A stretch of DNA of 64,000 bases from Octopus sinensis (GCF_006345805.1 NC_042997.1:140864001-140928000), one strand, 5' to 3'; positions 1-13,194 are shown, counted from the stretch's first letter. Numbers and translations are program-made. The notes: a model not told the origin generated them from the sequence alone.

Positions 1-3000
1 AAGATTTCGGTCATTTGTCATTGCCTCTGTGAGGCCCAACACTCAGTTCATACTAATATTACATATACCAAAGTAATGGTTTGGCACAATCATTAGAGCC
101 TTGCAAGAAATACCTTGCAGTATTTTTACTGTTTTTTTTCTTTCTTTCTACAGTCTGAAGTTCAAATCATGATAATGTCAACTTTGTCATTTGTCTCTCC
201 AGGGTCTATCGACTAAAGTACCAGTCAACTTCTGGGGCATTGATTTAAATGACTAACCCCCACTTTTGAATTTTATTTCACCCCTTGTGCTTATCTTAGA
301 GACTATTATTACATTATCATCCACCAGCATTGGCCACTTTGCCTCTGTGAGGCCCATTATTAATATACCTACTATTTTGCTTTTACTTATACCAATATTG
401 TACTCTAACTTATACCAACTCTTCTATAACATATCAAAGGCACAATCACAACTCTATAACTTATACCTACTATGATAATATAATTTATACCAAGCATAAT
501 GCTGTGATTTTTCTGAATCATGGCAGTAAAATTTATAAATATAGAATACTGTAATTTATATAAACCTTTTTAATACTTATGTGATCTGTAGTACTGTAAC
601 TTATATTAACCATTGTAAAAGCTCTGTTGTCATTCACATGAGAATATCCTTTGGCAACATGCACCATTTGTTTTTCTTTTTAACCCTTTAGCATTCAGAT
701 TATCTTATAAAATGTAACATTTATTTATTCACATTGTTTTGAATTTATCTTGCTTTATCATGTAGCTGTGAGATTACAAGTATGTGACTGTATATTTTTT
801 AGACTGACATTGTGGGATAGATGTTAAATGCCTGATCTGGCCAGTTTGAACATCAAACAGAAGAATATTTTGGTTGGATGGGGCTTGTTTAAATACTAAA
901 GGGTGAAATCCCTCACTCCCAATGGAGCATTGGCCATAAACAATTTTTGTCTCCTGTTCACAATTCTGGGCTGTCTTTTCTGCTTCCCTTAGTAAATGAT
1001 TTCCTTTCCTGATCTTTGTTTTGAATTGTCATCAATGTGTCTGCTCTTCACAAACCTATTTTTACTACTTGGAACCATGGTCTATATCAGTCTGGCCTCT
1101 ATCCTTGACCTGTCCAGCACAAGATGCCCTACTAGGAGCTTGCACTCTGTTAGCATAGCTCTCAGGTGTATTGAGGCATACAGGCCACCACATCACAATG
1201 AAGACTAGACCTTGTGGTGGTAGCATGCACCATGTTTTCACTAATTGTTTTTGGTGTCTATGTACTTACATGCCGATATCGACATCCTCTTGGTTCCCTT
1301 CCCACCCTTGACACAGTGGAACATCCAGGTGATTTATATAGCATAATAAATGGTGTAACCCAGATGCTGTTATTGTAATATTTGTCTTTGTGGTGTTCTA
1401 GTATGACCTAAACTGTAATAAGAGCTTAAATGTTTCAAAGAAGGGTCAAGGATACAGAACTTAAATGTTTCAAAGAATTATTAAACCTTTCATTATTGTA
1501 TTGCTTATTTCTTTATTGCCCACAAGGGGCCAAACATAGAGGGGACAAACATGACAGACAAATGGATTAAGTCGATTACATCGACCCCAGTGTGTAACTG
1601 GTACTTAATTTATTGACCCCAAAAGGATGAAAGGCAAAGTCGACCTCGGCGGAATTTGAACTCAGAACGTAAGTAAAGACGGACGAAAGCCCGTTAAGCA
1701 TTTCGCCCGGCGATCTAACGTTTCTGCCAGCTCGATTTCTGTTGAAATAAATTGCCTTTGTTTCAAATAATTTTGAAAATAACAAAGAATTTAATGTAGC
1801 TGTTAAGCTGCTGCAAGGCAGCAAGCTGGCAGAATCATTAGCACACTGGGCAAAATGTCTAGCAGCATTTCCTCTGACTTTACATTCTGAGAGTTCAAAT
1901 TCTGCTGAAGTCAGCTTTGCTATTCATCCTCTTGGGGACAATAAATTAAGTACCAGTTAAGCACTGGCAGCCATGTAATTGACTTGCTCCCCCCTCACAA
2001 ATTTCAGGCCCTGTGTCTTTACTAGAAAGGATCATTAAGCTGCTGTATGATGGCAAACATACGGAATCAATGGTGTGTTTGACAAAAAAGCTTAGGCAGC
2101 ATTTCTTCATGCTCTTTACACTCTAAGTTCAAATTCCACTGAAATATCAATTGAACCCTGAGATTCATCGTTGCTGTCACTGCCGTCGCTGTTGTTGTCA
2201 TTGTCTAGTGTTTTAAATCTTGGTTTTGTCCCTGTTAACGGGGGTGGCTAGATCTACCTCAATGCCATAGCAACCAAGGTTGGCAGGTGCAGCCCACTCC
2301 AACCTTTGGGCTGGCTGGTACCCATTCTGCCTTGCTATCATGAGGCATTTTTAGAGCTGGATTTTCTATGGGGAGCATGCCGTTGCTTACATCCAACCTC
2401 AGTTTCTAGACATGAGTGGTCCTGAGACTATGATTTTTAAGAAATGGAAAACTAGCTCAGGAAGGCAGGGATGCTACTCCCTGAGACCCCTTTTGGAGCT
2501 CTCCTATCCCACTCCTTTCTGACGTGGTACCAAACTATGAAGCTGTTATGTTTTGAACATAAATTAGCATGAAATTTTGATGGAAGGTTTTAATTTACAT
2601 CCTTTTAGAAGAGAATGTTTGTATCATAGAACCAAAGGCTATCTCAAGCAGATTGGTAATGGAAGGGTTAACCCTTTAGCATTTAAAATGGCCACATCTA
2701 GCCAAAATATTCTGCCAGTTTTAGGTTTAAACTAGCCATATCCAGCCTCTCATGACTACCCTACCATGTCATTCTAAAAATATACAATCACAGCATTGAA
2801 ATCTTGAAGCTACAAGATAATATATGATTAATTTAAAATAATGGGAATAAATAAGCATTACATTTGGTAGAATAATCTGAATCATCAAGAGAATTGAAGA
2901 AGCACATTTCTTTAAAATTAAATTCTTCAATTGACCAACTGTGTTGTTGATGTATGATGTATGACAAAAGAGAAAAAAAAAAAATTTGATATTGTTAAGC

Positions 3001-3071
3001 ATGGAAATAAATAACAATAGTGCATGTGTTTAATAGTGGTTACTATGACTCTATCAAACACAACAATCCAG

Positions 3072-3159
<88 letters not shown>

Positions 3160-3221
3160 TAATATATTGATATATAATCTCTTGATCATCTTTTACTACT
3201 TTATTTTTTCTTATTTTTCAG

Positions 3222-3395
3222 GCTGTTAACAAGGTCTTAGATTATTTGATCAATGTTAAACAGCATTCCCAAGTTATCTTTATCAACCTTCGTAATGATG
3301 TCAGTGTTGAAATCCATGGTAAACTGTATTATGTGAGTAATATCAACGACCCAAACAAACAACCAGTCTTTTTTAATGAGATATCACATTACAAT
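3222..3395 (+). CDS. PALD1: Paladin homologue, first coding exon in window (gene is 5'-partial): AVNKVLDYLINVKQHSQVIFINLRNDVSVEIHGKLYYVSNINDPNKQPVFFNEISHYN
   Basis: ttatttttcAG acceptor, GTAAGT donor, 174 nt, phase 0-0. Resembles the paladin segment ALGSILAYL..VVWVSLREE as I recall it. Confidence 0.85.
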
Positions 3396-3890
3396 GTAAG
3401 TCTTGAAACTTTTTCTTTCCTCTACTGTTCTCTCTTTCTTTTTCTTCTCTCTCTCTCTCTCTCTCTCTCATTTTTGATATGGGAGAAAAGGAAAGGAATG
3501 TCGCAGTCAAAAGTCCCTTTTTTAAGAAAGTTGTTGTGGGTCACAACCATCTTGTCATCTACCCAATATGTTCAGCCAACCAAAAATTGATGCCACTGTT
3601 TTATTTTTATTGACCAGTTTGCTTGAATGTGTGTTCAAGTGCCCACTCTGGAACCTCTTGAACTGCTAAAATTAGGAAATTCAAACATTTTAATCAATGC
3701 TTACCAAATAAAATAGAGAAACTGTATTTTTAAAAAAATTTTCTTTTTATCATTTGAAATTTTGATTCTTTTCAAATTTTTAAATTTTGCATATTTAGAC
3801 TTCCTAGATTTAGATGGTGACACATTATTATAAAATGCCCCTGCAACCGACTAATTACTCTCTCTCTCTCACACACACACACACATGCAT

Positions 3891-3958
<68 letters not shown>

Positions 3959-4164
3959 CCATATTGATAATGGCTCAATAATATTTTTTTTCTTCTTTCA
4001 GCATATAAATATATTTTTGCAAGTATATAAACTAGCTCCTTAATTCTCTCCTCATTCACATTTCTCCCATGACTAATAGGACCTGTAAAAGTCTGAGCCA
4101 ATATTTATTTTTTCATTTACTAAATTTCATTTTGATATATTCAATGTTTTTTTATACCTTGTAG

Positions 4165-4212
4165 GATATGGAATCTTTATTCAATGTGGAATCATTCAGG
4201 AAGCAATTGAAA
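4165..4212 (+). CDS. PALD1: Paladin homologue exon: DMESLFNVESFRKQLK
   Basis: ccttgtAG acceptor, GTAAGT donor, 48 nt, phase 0-0, open and in frame with neighbouring exons. Confidence 0.75.
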
Positions 4213-5326
4213 GTAAGTTCTGTTTTAATTTACAAATGCAAATCTTTCTCATTGCTGTCATTTTTTAGTGTCCACTTTTCCATGCTTGCATGGGTCAGAT
4301 GGAATTTGTTGAGACAGAGTTTCTATGGCTGAATGCCCTTCCTGTTGACAGCTCTCACATATTTCCAAGCAAGGTCAAACATGTTTTCACGGAAGATTGG
4401 AAACAAATAACACTGCTTGTATGACAGTGACGCTCATTTACAATTACTGCAAAGTGCCAAGACACAGAGATAAAGATACACATATACAACAGGCTTCTTT
4501 CAATCTCCATCTTGCAAACCTACACATAATGCTTTGTTGCCCAGGAGCTATAGTAGAAAACACTTGCTCAAATTGCCATGCTATGAGACTGAACCTGAAA
4601 TCATGCTGTTAGGAACTGAATTTCATTATCACACAGCTATACCTGTGTCTAGGCATATCTGCACGGCTATAGCAGAAAACACTTGCCTACAGTGCTTTGC
4701 AGTGGGATTGAACCTAGAATTATCTTTTTCTTGTTTCAGTCATTTGACAGTGGCCATGCTGGGGCACCATCTTCAAGTATTTATAGCTGAATTAATCAAT
4801 CCCAGTACTTATTTTTTGTTAAGCCTGGTACTTACTCTATCAGTCTCTTTTGCTGAATTTCTAAGTTACGGGTATATAAACACACCAATACCAGTCATCA
4901 AGCGACTAAAAGACACATAAACCCCCCTCCCACACACACATATATGTGTATAATCTATTTCTCTCCCTTTCTCTTTCTCTCTCTCTTTATATATATATAT
5001 TTGTGTATTTGATGGGCTTCATTCAATTTCCATCAACCAAATCTACTTGCAAAGCTTTGGTGGGCCCGCAGCTATAGTTGTCCAAGGTGCCATGCTGTGG
5101 GACTGAACCCGGAACCATGTGGCTGGGAGGTAAGCTTCTTACCACACAGCTACACTTGTGTCCATGTAAATTCCATTTAATACCTTGGTTTCTTTCCTTA
5201 TCTCAGCCTTCAGCTACAATCTCAACTGCTTTTTTAATTCACAAATCATCAATTATGTTTTTGATATTGTATGATTCTCCATTATTTTCTTTTTTTTTAT
5301 TATTTTTTAATTAAAACTTTTTCCAG

Positions 5327-5473
5327 TTCCACAAAGATGACAATAATTCAGAAACACCTGATTTGAATGAGATTATGACAACAAAAGATATATTTAAAAC
5401 GACTGAAGCCAAATTTCCAAACCAGCTTTATTATCACGTGCCATTACCTTTAAATTATTTATCAAATGAAAAT
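5327..5473 (+). CDS. PALD1: Paladin homologue exon: FHKDDNNSETPDLNEIMTTKDIFKTTEAKFPNQLYYHVPLPLNYLSNEN
   Basis: tttttccAG acceptor, GTAAGT donor, 147 nt, phase 0-0. YYHVPLP matches the paladin YHRIPMP motif. Confidence 0.85.
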
Positions 5474-5509
5474 GTAAGTAGGATTTGTGGTCATTGTTGT
5501 TGTTGTAGT

Positions 5510-5835
5510 TACCACCACCACCACCACCACCACCACCACAACCACAACCACAACTACCACCATTATCAACATCATCACCCATCACTTGCACCACTACCAC
5601 TACCACCACCACCACCACCACCACAACCACAACCACAACTACCACCATTATCAACATCATCACCCATCACTTGCACCACTACCACCACCACCACCACCAC
5701 CACCACCACCACCACCACAACCACAACTACCACCATTATCAACATCATCACCCATCACTTGCACCACTACCACCACCACCACCACCAATAACAACAACAA
5801 CAACAACACCACCACTTCCATCATCATCATCATTA
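5510..5835. repeat. (ACC)n-rich compound repeat with a triplicated block of about 55 bp
   Basis: ACCACAACTACCACCATTATCAACATCATCACCCATCACTTGCACCACTACCAC occurs three times. Confidence 0.9.
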
Positions 5836-6277
5836 TTATTATCTTTATTTTTCTTCTTCCAACTTTGTTTTCTTTTCTTGCTTAATGTCTTCCTGACCCC
5901 TAGGGCAAAGAAACTCACTGTATATATTGGTTGGCCATTAGAATAAACACACCAGATTGTTCATTTACAAAGTCAAGTTATGTGATAGATAAAAAAGACA
6001 ACAGAAAGAAAAAAGCAAAAAAAGCAAAAAATAGAAATTAGAAAGAAAGGAAAAAAGAAAACAAAGAAAAAAAAAGAGGTACTATCTTGTAGCTCCGAGA
6101 TTTCAGTAATGTGTATATTTTTAGAATGGTGTTGTAGGGTGGGTCTGAGAGGTCAGATCTGGCAGGTTTGATCATAAAACAGGAAGGATATTTGGGTCAG
6201 CTTAAATGCTAAACACTAACCACCAATTTTGCTATTTTGGAATGCTAATTTACTTGAGATATTTTATATTCATCCAG

Positions 6278-6550
6278 ATATTTGATTCTTTGATTGAAGT
6301 TTTCATCAACGTAGAGCGCAAGTACAAAGAAAGCAGTATCCCAAGGAGAACCAGTGAGGGTTCTCGGCGCTCAAGTACTGGCAACCCTTGCATTAAAAGC
6401 CAGGCCGGCAAGAATTTATGCAGAATAAGTAATAATAGCAGTACCAGTAGCACACCTTTCAACCCTGCCTACTGTTTCTTTGGCTCCAGTGGAATTGAAC
6501 GAACCACTTTTGCCATGGCAGTGGCATGTCTCTATATGTACCAAAGAGTT
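6278..6550 (+). CDS. PALD1: Paladin homologue exon with the C-terminal PTP-like P-loop (IFDSLIEVF...PAYCFFGSSGIERTTFAMAVACLYMYQRV)
   Basis: catccAG acceptor, GTAAGT donor, 273 nt, phase 0-0. GSSGIERTTFAM aligns to CLSGQGRTTTAM of vertebrate paladin. Confidence 0.88.
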
Positions 6551-6589
6551 GTAAGTACACCTAAAAGAAATCTTTTATCATTTCACTTA

Positions 6590-7111
6590 CCATAAATCCT
6601 CGAGTATAATCCGCATTTTTTTCCCAAAATTTAATGGTCAAAATCCCTAGTGCATACTATATACAAGGTTAAAAAGGAAAAATATTTTCTAAGCAATGTC
6701 TGTGTCTCTATTTGCTGTCCGGCAATGTTTAGTCAGACGCATTTTGTGATGTCGGGCGCGTAAATACCTTAAGCTAAGCCTGAAAGCAATGAGGTCATAA
6801 AAGAATCACGCATAACTTGCAGTAAGCAACATTTATTAAATTAAAAGTATTCAAAACACAGAGTAACATGTAACAAAAACAATTTGCAAACATATTAACA
6901 TTCCCATATAACAGTTAAGAACATCACCATTATTGTATTATGCATGCACAGAAGTGTTTGTTCGACTAGGTGCTGCTGGCTTAATTATGCACGGCTCAAG
7001 TTAGAGAAGGGGTGTGTATTATACACAAGGTTTAGGTTTTTCAGAGGTATAGCCCCCTAAAAATCCCCTGCGTATTATACTCAAGAGCGGACTATATTCA
7101 AGGATTTATGT
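6590..7111. mobile_element. TA-flanked MITE (pogo/mariner-like), copy 1, in a paladin intron
   Basis: TIRs CCATAAATCCTCGAGTATAATCCGC / GCGGACTATATTCAAGGATTTATG, with TA on both sides. Confidence 0.8.
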
Positions 7112-9029
7112 TATTTCAATCTTTGGATTGTGACCATCAAAGGTTTATTTGAAAAAAATTGATCCCAATAATTACTTTTAAGTTTGGTAGTTATTCTATC
7201 AGTGAAGTTGCATGGCTTACTGGTTAGGGTATTCGGCTCATGATTGTAAGGTTGTGAGTTCAATTCCTGACAATGTATTGTGTCCTTGAGTGAGACACTT
7301 TATTTCACTCAGCTGGTAAAAATGAGTTGTACCCTATTGTACTTCAATGGGCGAACCTTGTCACATTCTGTGTTATATTGAATCTTTCTAAGAACTATAT
7401 TATTAAGAGTATGTGTGTCTATGGAGTACTCAACCATTAGCATGTTAATTTTATAAGCAGGCAGTTCTGTTGATTGGATCAACTGAAACGTGTAAAAGAG
7501 CAAAGAGTACATACATGTGTGTCTGTGTGTGTGTGTCGCCAGTAAGGCGATGCTGATAACGATCACGCTCAAATGGTGCTTTTTATGTGCCACCGTAAAA
7601 AGCACCACCTGGCATGTAATGGTGCTTTTTACGGTGGAACGTAAAAAGCATATATATATATATAAATATATAATAAGAGTAAAAATTAATATTATTAAAT
7701 AATATCAATTTCAACTAGTGGTCAGCATACTTAAAGACATCTGAGGACTGAATTTTATTAAAACAAACAATATGAGAGATCACTATATGGCTCCCTTGTA
7801 TGCTAAAAATAGATGTGAAACTGTCTTACCACTAAATCTGTGATCTCTCATATTGTTTATATATATATATATATATATATACATAACACACAAAACTCCT
7901 GGCCCTTGAGTCACTCTGTTGTTTCTACTAAATATTAATAAAACATACATACACAGGCATGTCTGTGTGGTAAGAAGCTTGCCTCCCAACCACATGGTTC
8001 TGGGTTCAGTCCCAGAGCACAACACCTTGTGCAAGTGTCTTTTAGTATAGCTTTGGGCTGACCAAAGCCTTGTGAGTAGATTTGGTAGAAGGAAACTGAA
8101 AGAATCCTGTAGTGTATGTATATATATGTGTGTGTGTGTGTGTGCATGTTTTTGTGTCTGTGTTTGTTGCCCCACCATTGCTTGACAGTCGATGCTGGTG
8201 TATTTATGTCCCTGTAACTTAGAATAAGTACTAGGCTTACAAAGAAGAAGTCCTGTGGGTTGATTTGTTCGCCTAAAGGCAGTGCTCCAGCATGACCACA
8301 GTCAAATGACTGAAGTGTGTAAAAGAGTAAAGAGTACATACATACATAGATACATACATGTGTGTGTGTGAGTATGTATACGTACACACACATGCACATT
8401 TGCACATTATCCATAAAAAATAAGCTACATGTATGGGTGGATGTAAAACATGTGGACTGCACCCACTGGTTTTTTTTTTTTTTTACAGAATCCCCCATTT
8501 TCAAGTAAGAGATTGATATTCTGCAAAAAAAACACAAAAAAAAAACACATTTTAAAATTTTAATTTTCTCCATCCCTAACCTCCAACAAATTCTTCAATT
8601 TTCACTTTTTTCAGAAAATCTTCTTTACAAAATATGTAGAAAAATATGGAGATTCTGATTCTGAAAAAAAAATAAAAGTTAAAAGTGAAAATTGAAGAAT
8701 TTGTGGGGGCTGTGGGTGGGGGAAATTAAAATTTTGAAATACCATTTTTTTTGCAGAATCAGAATCTCCGTCATCGAAAATGGAGGATTCAGTAAAAAAA
8801 AAAAAGACAGGGGGTGTAGTCCACATTTTTTACATCCGCCCATGTATGCATACACATGCACACACACTTGCACAAAAGCACATACAGATATGCACACAAT
8901 AGAGGGAGAAAGCGAAGTTGAACAACAGAGAGGGGGATGGAGAGTGAGGAGATAGAGAGACACAGACAGACAGACAAGAAAGAGGGGGGAAAAAGATTAT
9001 AAATTATTTGTAATGAATATATGTTTCAG

Positions 9030-9110
9030 GGTTTCCCACCTGGAACTCTCCCTGGAGAACAGGAACGAATTTCACTCTTTGATGCTGAGCAGTCAATGGG
9101 AAACTTTCCG
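9030..9110 (+). CDS. PALD1: Paladin homologue exon: GFPPGTLPGEQERISLFDAEQSMGNFP
   Basis: tgtttcAG acceptor, GTAAGT donor, 81 nt. Matches GFPEVGEEELVSVPDAKFTKGEF. Confidence 0.88.
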
Positions 9111-9199
9111 GTAAGTGACTTACTCTATTAACATTCAAATGACACTCATACTAATCCTTCAGGTGGTGTGAAGCACTCATGGCAGTGCCACGTGAAAGC

Positions 9200-9980
9200 A
9201 CCCATGTGGTGCCATGTAAAAGTGCCTGTGCAGTGCCATGTAAAAATGCCTGCGTAGTGCCATGTAAAAATGCCTGCGTGGTTCCATGTAAAAATGCCTG
9301 CGTGGTGCCATGTAAAAATGCCTGCGTGGTGCCATGTAAAAATGCCTGCGTGTTTCCATGTAAAAATGCCTGCGTGTTTCCATGTAAAAATGTCTGCGTG
9401 TTTCCATGTAAAAATGCCTGCGTGGTGCCATGTAAAAATGCCTGCGTGGTGCCATGTAAAAATGCCTGCGTGGTGCCATGTAAAAATGCCTGCGTGGTTC
9501 CATGTAAAAATGCCTGCGTGGTGCCATGTAAAAATGCCTGCATGGTGCCATGTAAAAATGCCTGCATGGTGCCATGTAAAAATGCCTGCGTGGTGCCATG
9601 TAAAAATGCCTGCGTAGTGCCATGTAAAAATGCCTGCATGGTGCCATGTAAAAATGTCTGCGTGTTTCCATGTAAAAATGCCTGCGTGGTGCCATGTAAA
9701 AATGACCATGTGGTATCACATAAGAGTGCCCATGTGGTACCATAAAAAAGCGCATGTGCAGTGTGACATAAAAGCTCCCATGTGGCGCCATGTAAAAGCA
9801 CTCATGTGGTGCCATGTAAAAGCATCCATGTTATGCCACTGAAAAGCACCCATGTGGTACCACACAAAAGTGACCATATAAAAGTACCACATAAAAGCAC
9901 CTATGCAGTGCCACATAAAAAGTGCCTCTGTTGTTCCACATAAAAGTGTCTGTGCAGTGTCACATAAAAGCACCCAGTAC
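9200..9980. repeat. 24-bp minisatellite (GTGGTGCCATGTAAAAATGCCTGC)n, about 20 well-conserved copies plus degenerate flanking units
   Basis: Direct reading; the unit resembles the family D motif. Confidence 0.92.
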
Positions 9981-10166
9981 ACTCTATAAGTGGTTGATGT
10001 TAGGAAGGGTGTCCAGCTGTAGAAACCATGCCAAAGCAGACTGGAGTCCTGTGCAGCTGCCCAGTTTGCCAGCTCCTGTTAAACCATCCAATCCATGCCA
10101 GCATGGACAAGAGACATTAGATGATGATGATGATATATATATATATATATTATATATATATATAAA

Positions 10167-10347
10167 ACAATTGCAGCGTGGAAGGTGTTTGTAAGCCATT
10201 TAAGAAACACACAAAAGCCGTTCAATTCACTTCAACATTTAAGTTTAATTTGTCAAAATATTTTTTCGTTGTTAAATGTTGAAGTGAATCGAATGGCTTT
10301 TGTGTGTTTCTTAAATGGCTTACAAACACCTTCCATGCTGCAATTGT
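10167..10347. repeat. Inverted repeat, arms of about 76 bp and a spacer of about 29 nt
   Basis: ACAATTGCAGCGTGGAAGG...CAACATTTAA / TTAAATGTTG...CCTTCCATGCTGCAATTGT. Confidence 0.9.
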
Positions 10348-11018
10348 ATTTGTTTCAGCACATGATCTCAGATCAAATCATTTGCTATGCAGGTAGATCT
10401 CCGTAATATATATATATATAACCAAGTGAAATCGTAATCATGGCCAATGCCAGTGCCACCTGACTGGCAGCCGTACCCGTGGCATGTAAAAAGCCCCACT
10501 CGAGTGTGGCCAATGTCAGTGCTGTCTGACTGGCAAATGAAAAGCACCATTTGAGCATGGCCACTGCCAGTGTCATATGACTGGTACCCATGCACGTGAC
10601 ATGTAGAAGGCACCCATTACACTCTCGGAGTGGTTGGCATTAGGAAGGGCATGAAGCTATAGAAACCTTGCCAGATCAGACTGGAGCCTCGTGCAGCCTC
10701 CCAGTTTGCCAGTTCTCAGTAAAACTGTCCAACCCATGCCAGCATGGAAAGCAGACGTTACATGATGATGTTGATGTTTAACATCTTTTACTTATTACTT
10801 GTTCAAGTCACTGGACTTCAGCCAAGCTGGGGCATTGCCTCGAAGGGTTCAAACTCAGTATTTATTTTCTGTTTTAAGGACTGGTTAAGAAGGCAGATGT
10901 TAAATGATGATTAAGATGATGATTTACTTATTCCATCAATTTTCTTTTGCTGAGCTGCTAAGTCATGAAACCATAAATAAACCAATGCTGGTTGTCAAGC
11001 GTTGGATGGAGGGTGTGA

Positions 11019-11109
<91 letters not shown>

Positions 11110-11501
11110 ACACACACACACACACACACATTTTCTATTGGAATATCACAGTTCATCTATTGCGGTTTATTATTTAAGCCTACGTCGACTCCTCTGTGGT
11201 GTTGTTTTGCATTTATAATATAATGAATATATACAAGTTATAAAAATGATAAAAAAAATATACAGTACAGTACTGTTTCTACTTAATGGATTTTCACCGA
11301 TTGCCGGGGATTTTGGAACGTAATATCCACAATAGTCAAGGGATTACTGTATCTCAACACACACTCATAAAGCTATAAATGATAGCATGTAAATTTGGAT
11401 TGAAAACACCTTGTCAGCTAATATCTATCTATCTATCTATAAATAGATAGATAGATAGATAGATAGGTAGATAGATATAGATATATATTTATAGATAAGT
11501 A

Positions 11502-12005
11502 GTGTAAATCCTCAAATATAATCTGCACTTTTTTCCCAAAATTTAAAGGTCAAAATCCCTAGTCCGTACTATATACAAGGTTAAAAATGTAAAATATTTT
11601 CTAAGCAATGTCCGAGTCTCTATTTGCTGTCCGGCAATGTTTATTCAGATGCATTTTGTGATGTTGGGTGTGAAAATAACTTAAGCTAAGCCTGAAAGCA
11701 ATGAAGTCATAAAAGAATCATCCATAACTTGCAGTAAGCAACATTTATTAAATTAAAAGTATTCAGAACACAGAGTAACATGTAACAAAAACAATTTGCA
11801 AACATATTAACATTCCCATATAACAGTTAAGAACATCACCATTATTGTATTACGCATGCACGGAAGTGTTTGTTCGACTAGGTGCTGCTGGTTTAATTAT
11901 GCACGACTCAAGTTAGAGAAGGGGTGCTTATTATACACAAGGTTTAGGTTTTTCAGAAGTACAGCCCCTCAGAATCCCCTGCGGACTATACTCGAAGATT
12001 TATGA
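11502..12005. mobile_element. TA-flanked MITE, copy 2 (same family and orientation as 6590-7111)
   Basis: Long near-identical internal blocks and the same TIRs. Confidence 0.8.
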
Positions 12006-12798
12006 TAATAATTTTAAATTTGGGTATACACCTGGTAGCATGCCATTTTAAGCATGTTCCCTGTAGTCAGCTACCTGATATCATCAACAGGATGGATATA
12101 TTATAAGTGCCACTGGATTTACTCCAGAAATTCCTTCATGTCTATCAAGCCTATAGTATATGAGAGAAAGAGAAAGTGGAATTCGGGAGATTTTTTATTG
12201 ATCACTATGATTGTTTCAACCCATCATGCATCGGTCCCTCATGTTGCGGTACCTCATTCTTTAATCTCCATTTTGTTTATTTCAATTAGAATAAATTTTG
12301 GTAATTGCCTGTAACTGATGGCATAGACGAGAATGCATGAGTCACAATTATATACATACATAGATATAGATATATGATGGGTTTCCACAGTTTCCAGTTA
12401 TCAAATTCTCTTGCAAGGTATTTGTCAGTCTGGGGCTATAGCAGAAAACATTTGTCCAAGGTGCTGTACAGTAGGATTGAACCTGAAACCATGTGGTTGT
12501 AAAGCAAGCTTCTTAAGCATACAGTTACGTTTGATTGCTTAGTCAGGATGGACCCTTTTCACAGCTTCTGAGATTGGTATTAGAGAAGGGGGAGAGAGGA
12601 AGCAATCTCCAAACTGGGGACTTGGCCTAAATGCTTGCAAATAGAATGAATTCTTCTAAAGGACCCCAAGGGTCATTTGATCGTGTTAGACTAAGTAATG
12701 GATAGACCATCACCTTATAGACCATGGTAATATCTGAATTTACAATGCAAAAGGCCTGAGAAAATACCACAGAGTATCTTGTTAAATGCTTTAACAAT

Positions 12799-12943
12799 TC
12801 TGCCAGTCCATTGTCAATCTATTGCCAGTCTACTGTCAGTCCACTGCCTGTCTATTGCCAATCGACTGCCAGTCTATTGCCAGTCCACTGCCAATCTACT
12901 GCCAGCCTCCTGTCAGACTACTGTCAGTTCACTGCCAGTCTAC
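12799..12943. repeat. Degenerate 12-bp tandem repeat (CTACTGCCAGTC-like)
   Basis: About 12 units read directly. Confidence 0.8.
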
Positions 12944-13162
12944 CACCCTAGTCACCCACTGGTTTGATTAATACATTGAGCATGGTTATAAGGTTAGTTG
13001 GTTGGATTAGAAGAATTGATAGAATGGTGGTGAGAATACCTTGTGGTGTGTAGTTACATTGCCCTGCATTTCTGAACAGAAATCCCTCTAAGGTTGACTT
13101 TGCTTTTCATCCTATGGGTGCACACACACACACCTGCTGCCGCTGCCACCACCACCGCCACC

Positions 13163-13194
<32 letters not shown>

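Noticed and set aside
9146-9815. WHHAGIFT / PRRHFYMA repeat ORFs as genes
   Set aside because: Products of a stop-free 24-bp intronic minisatellite open in several frames at once.
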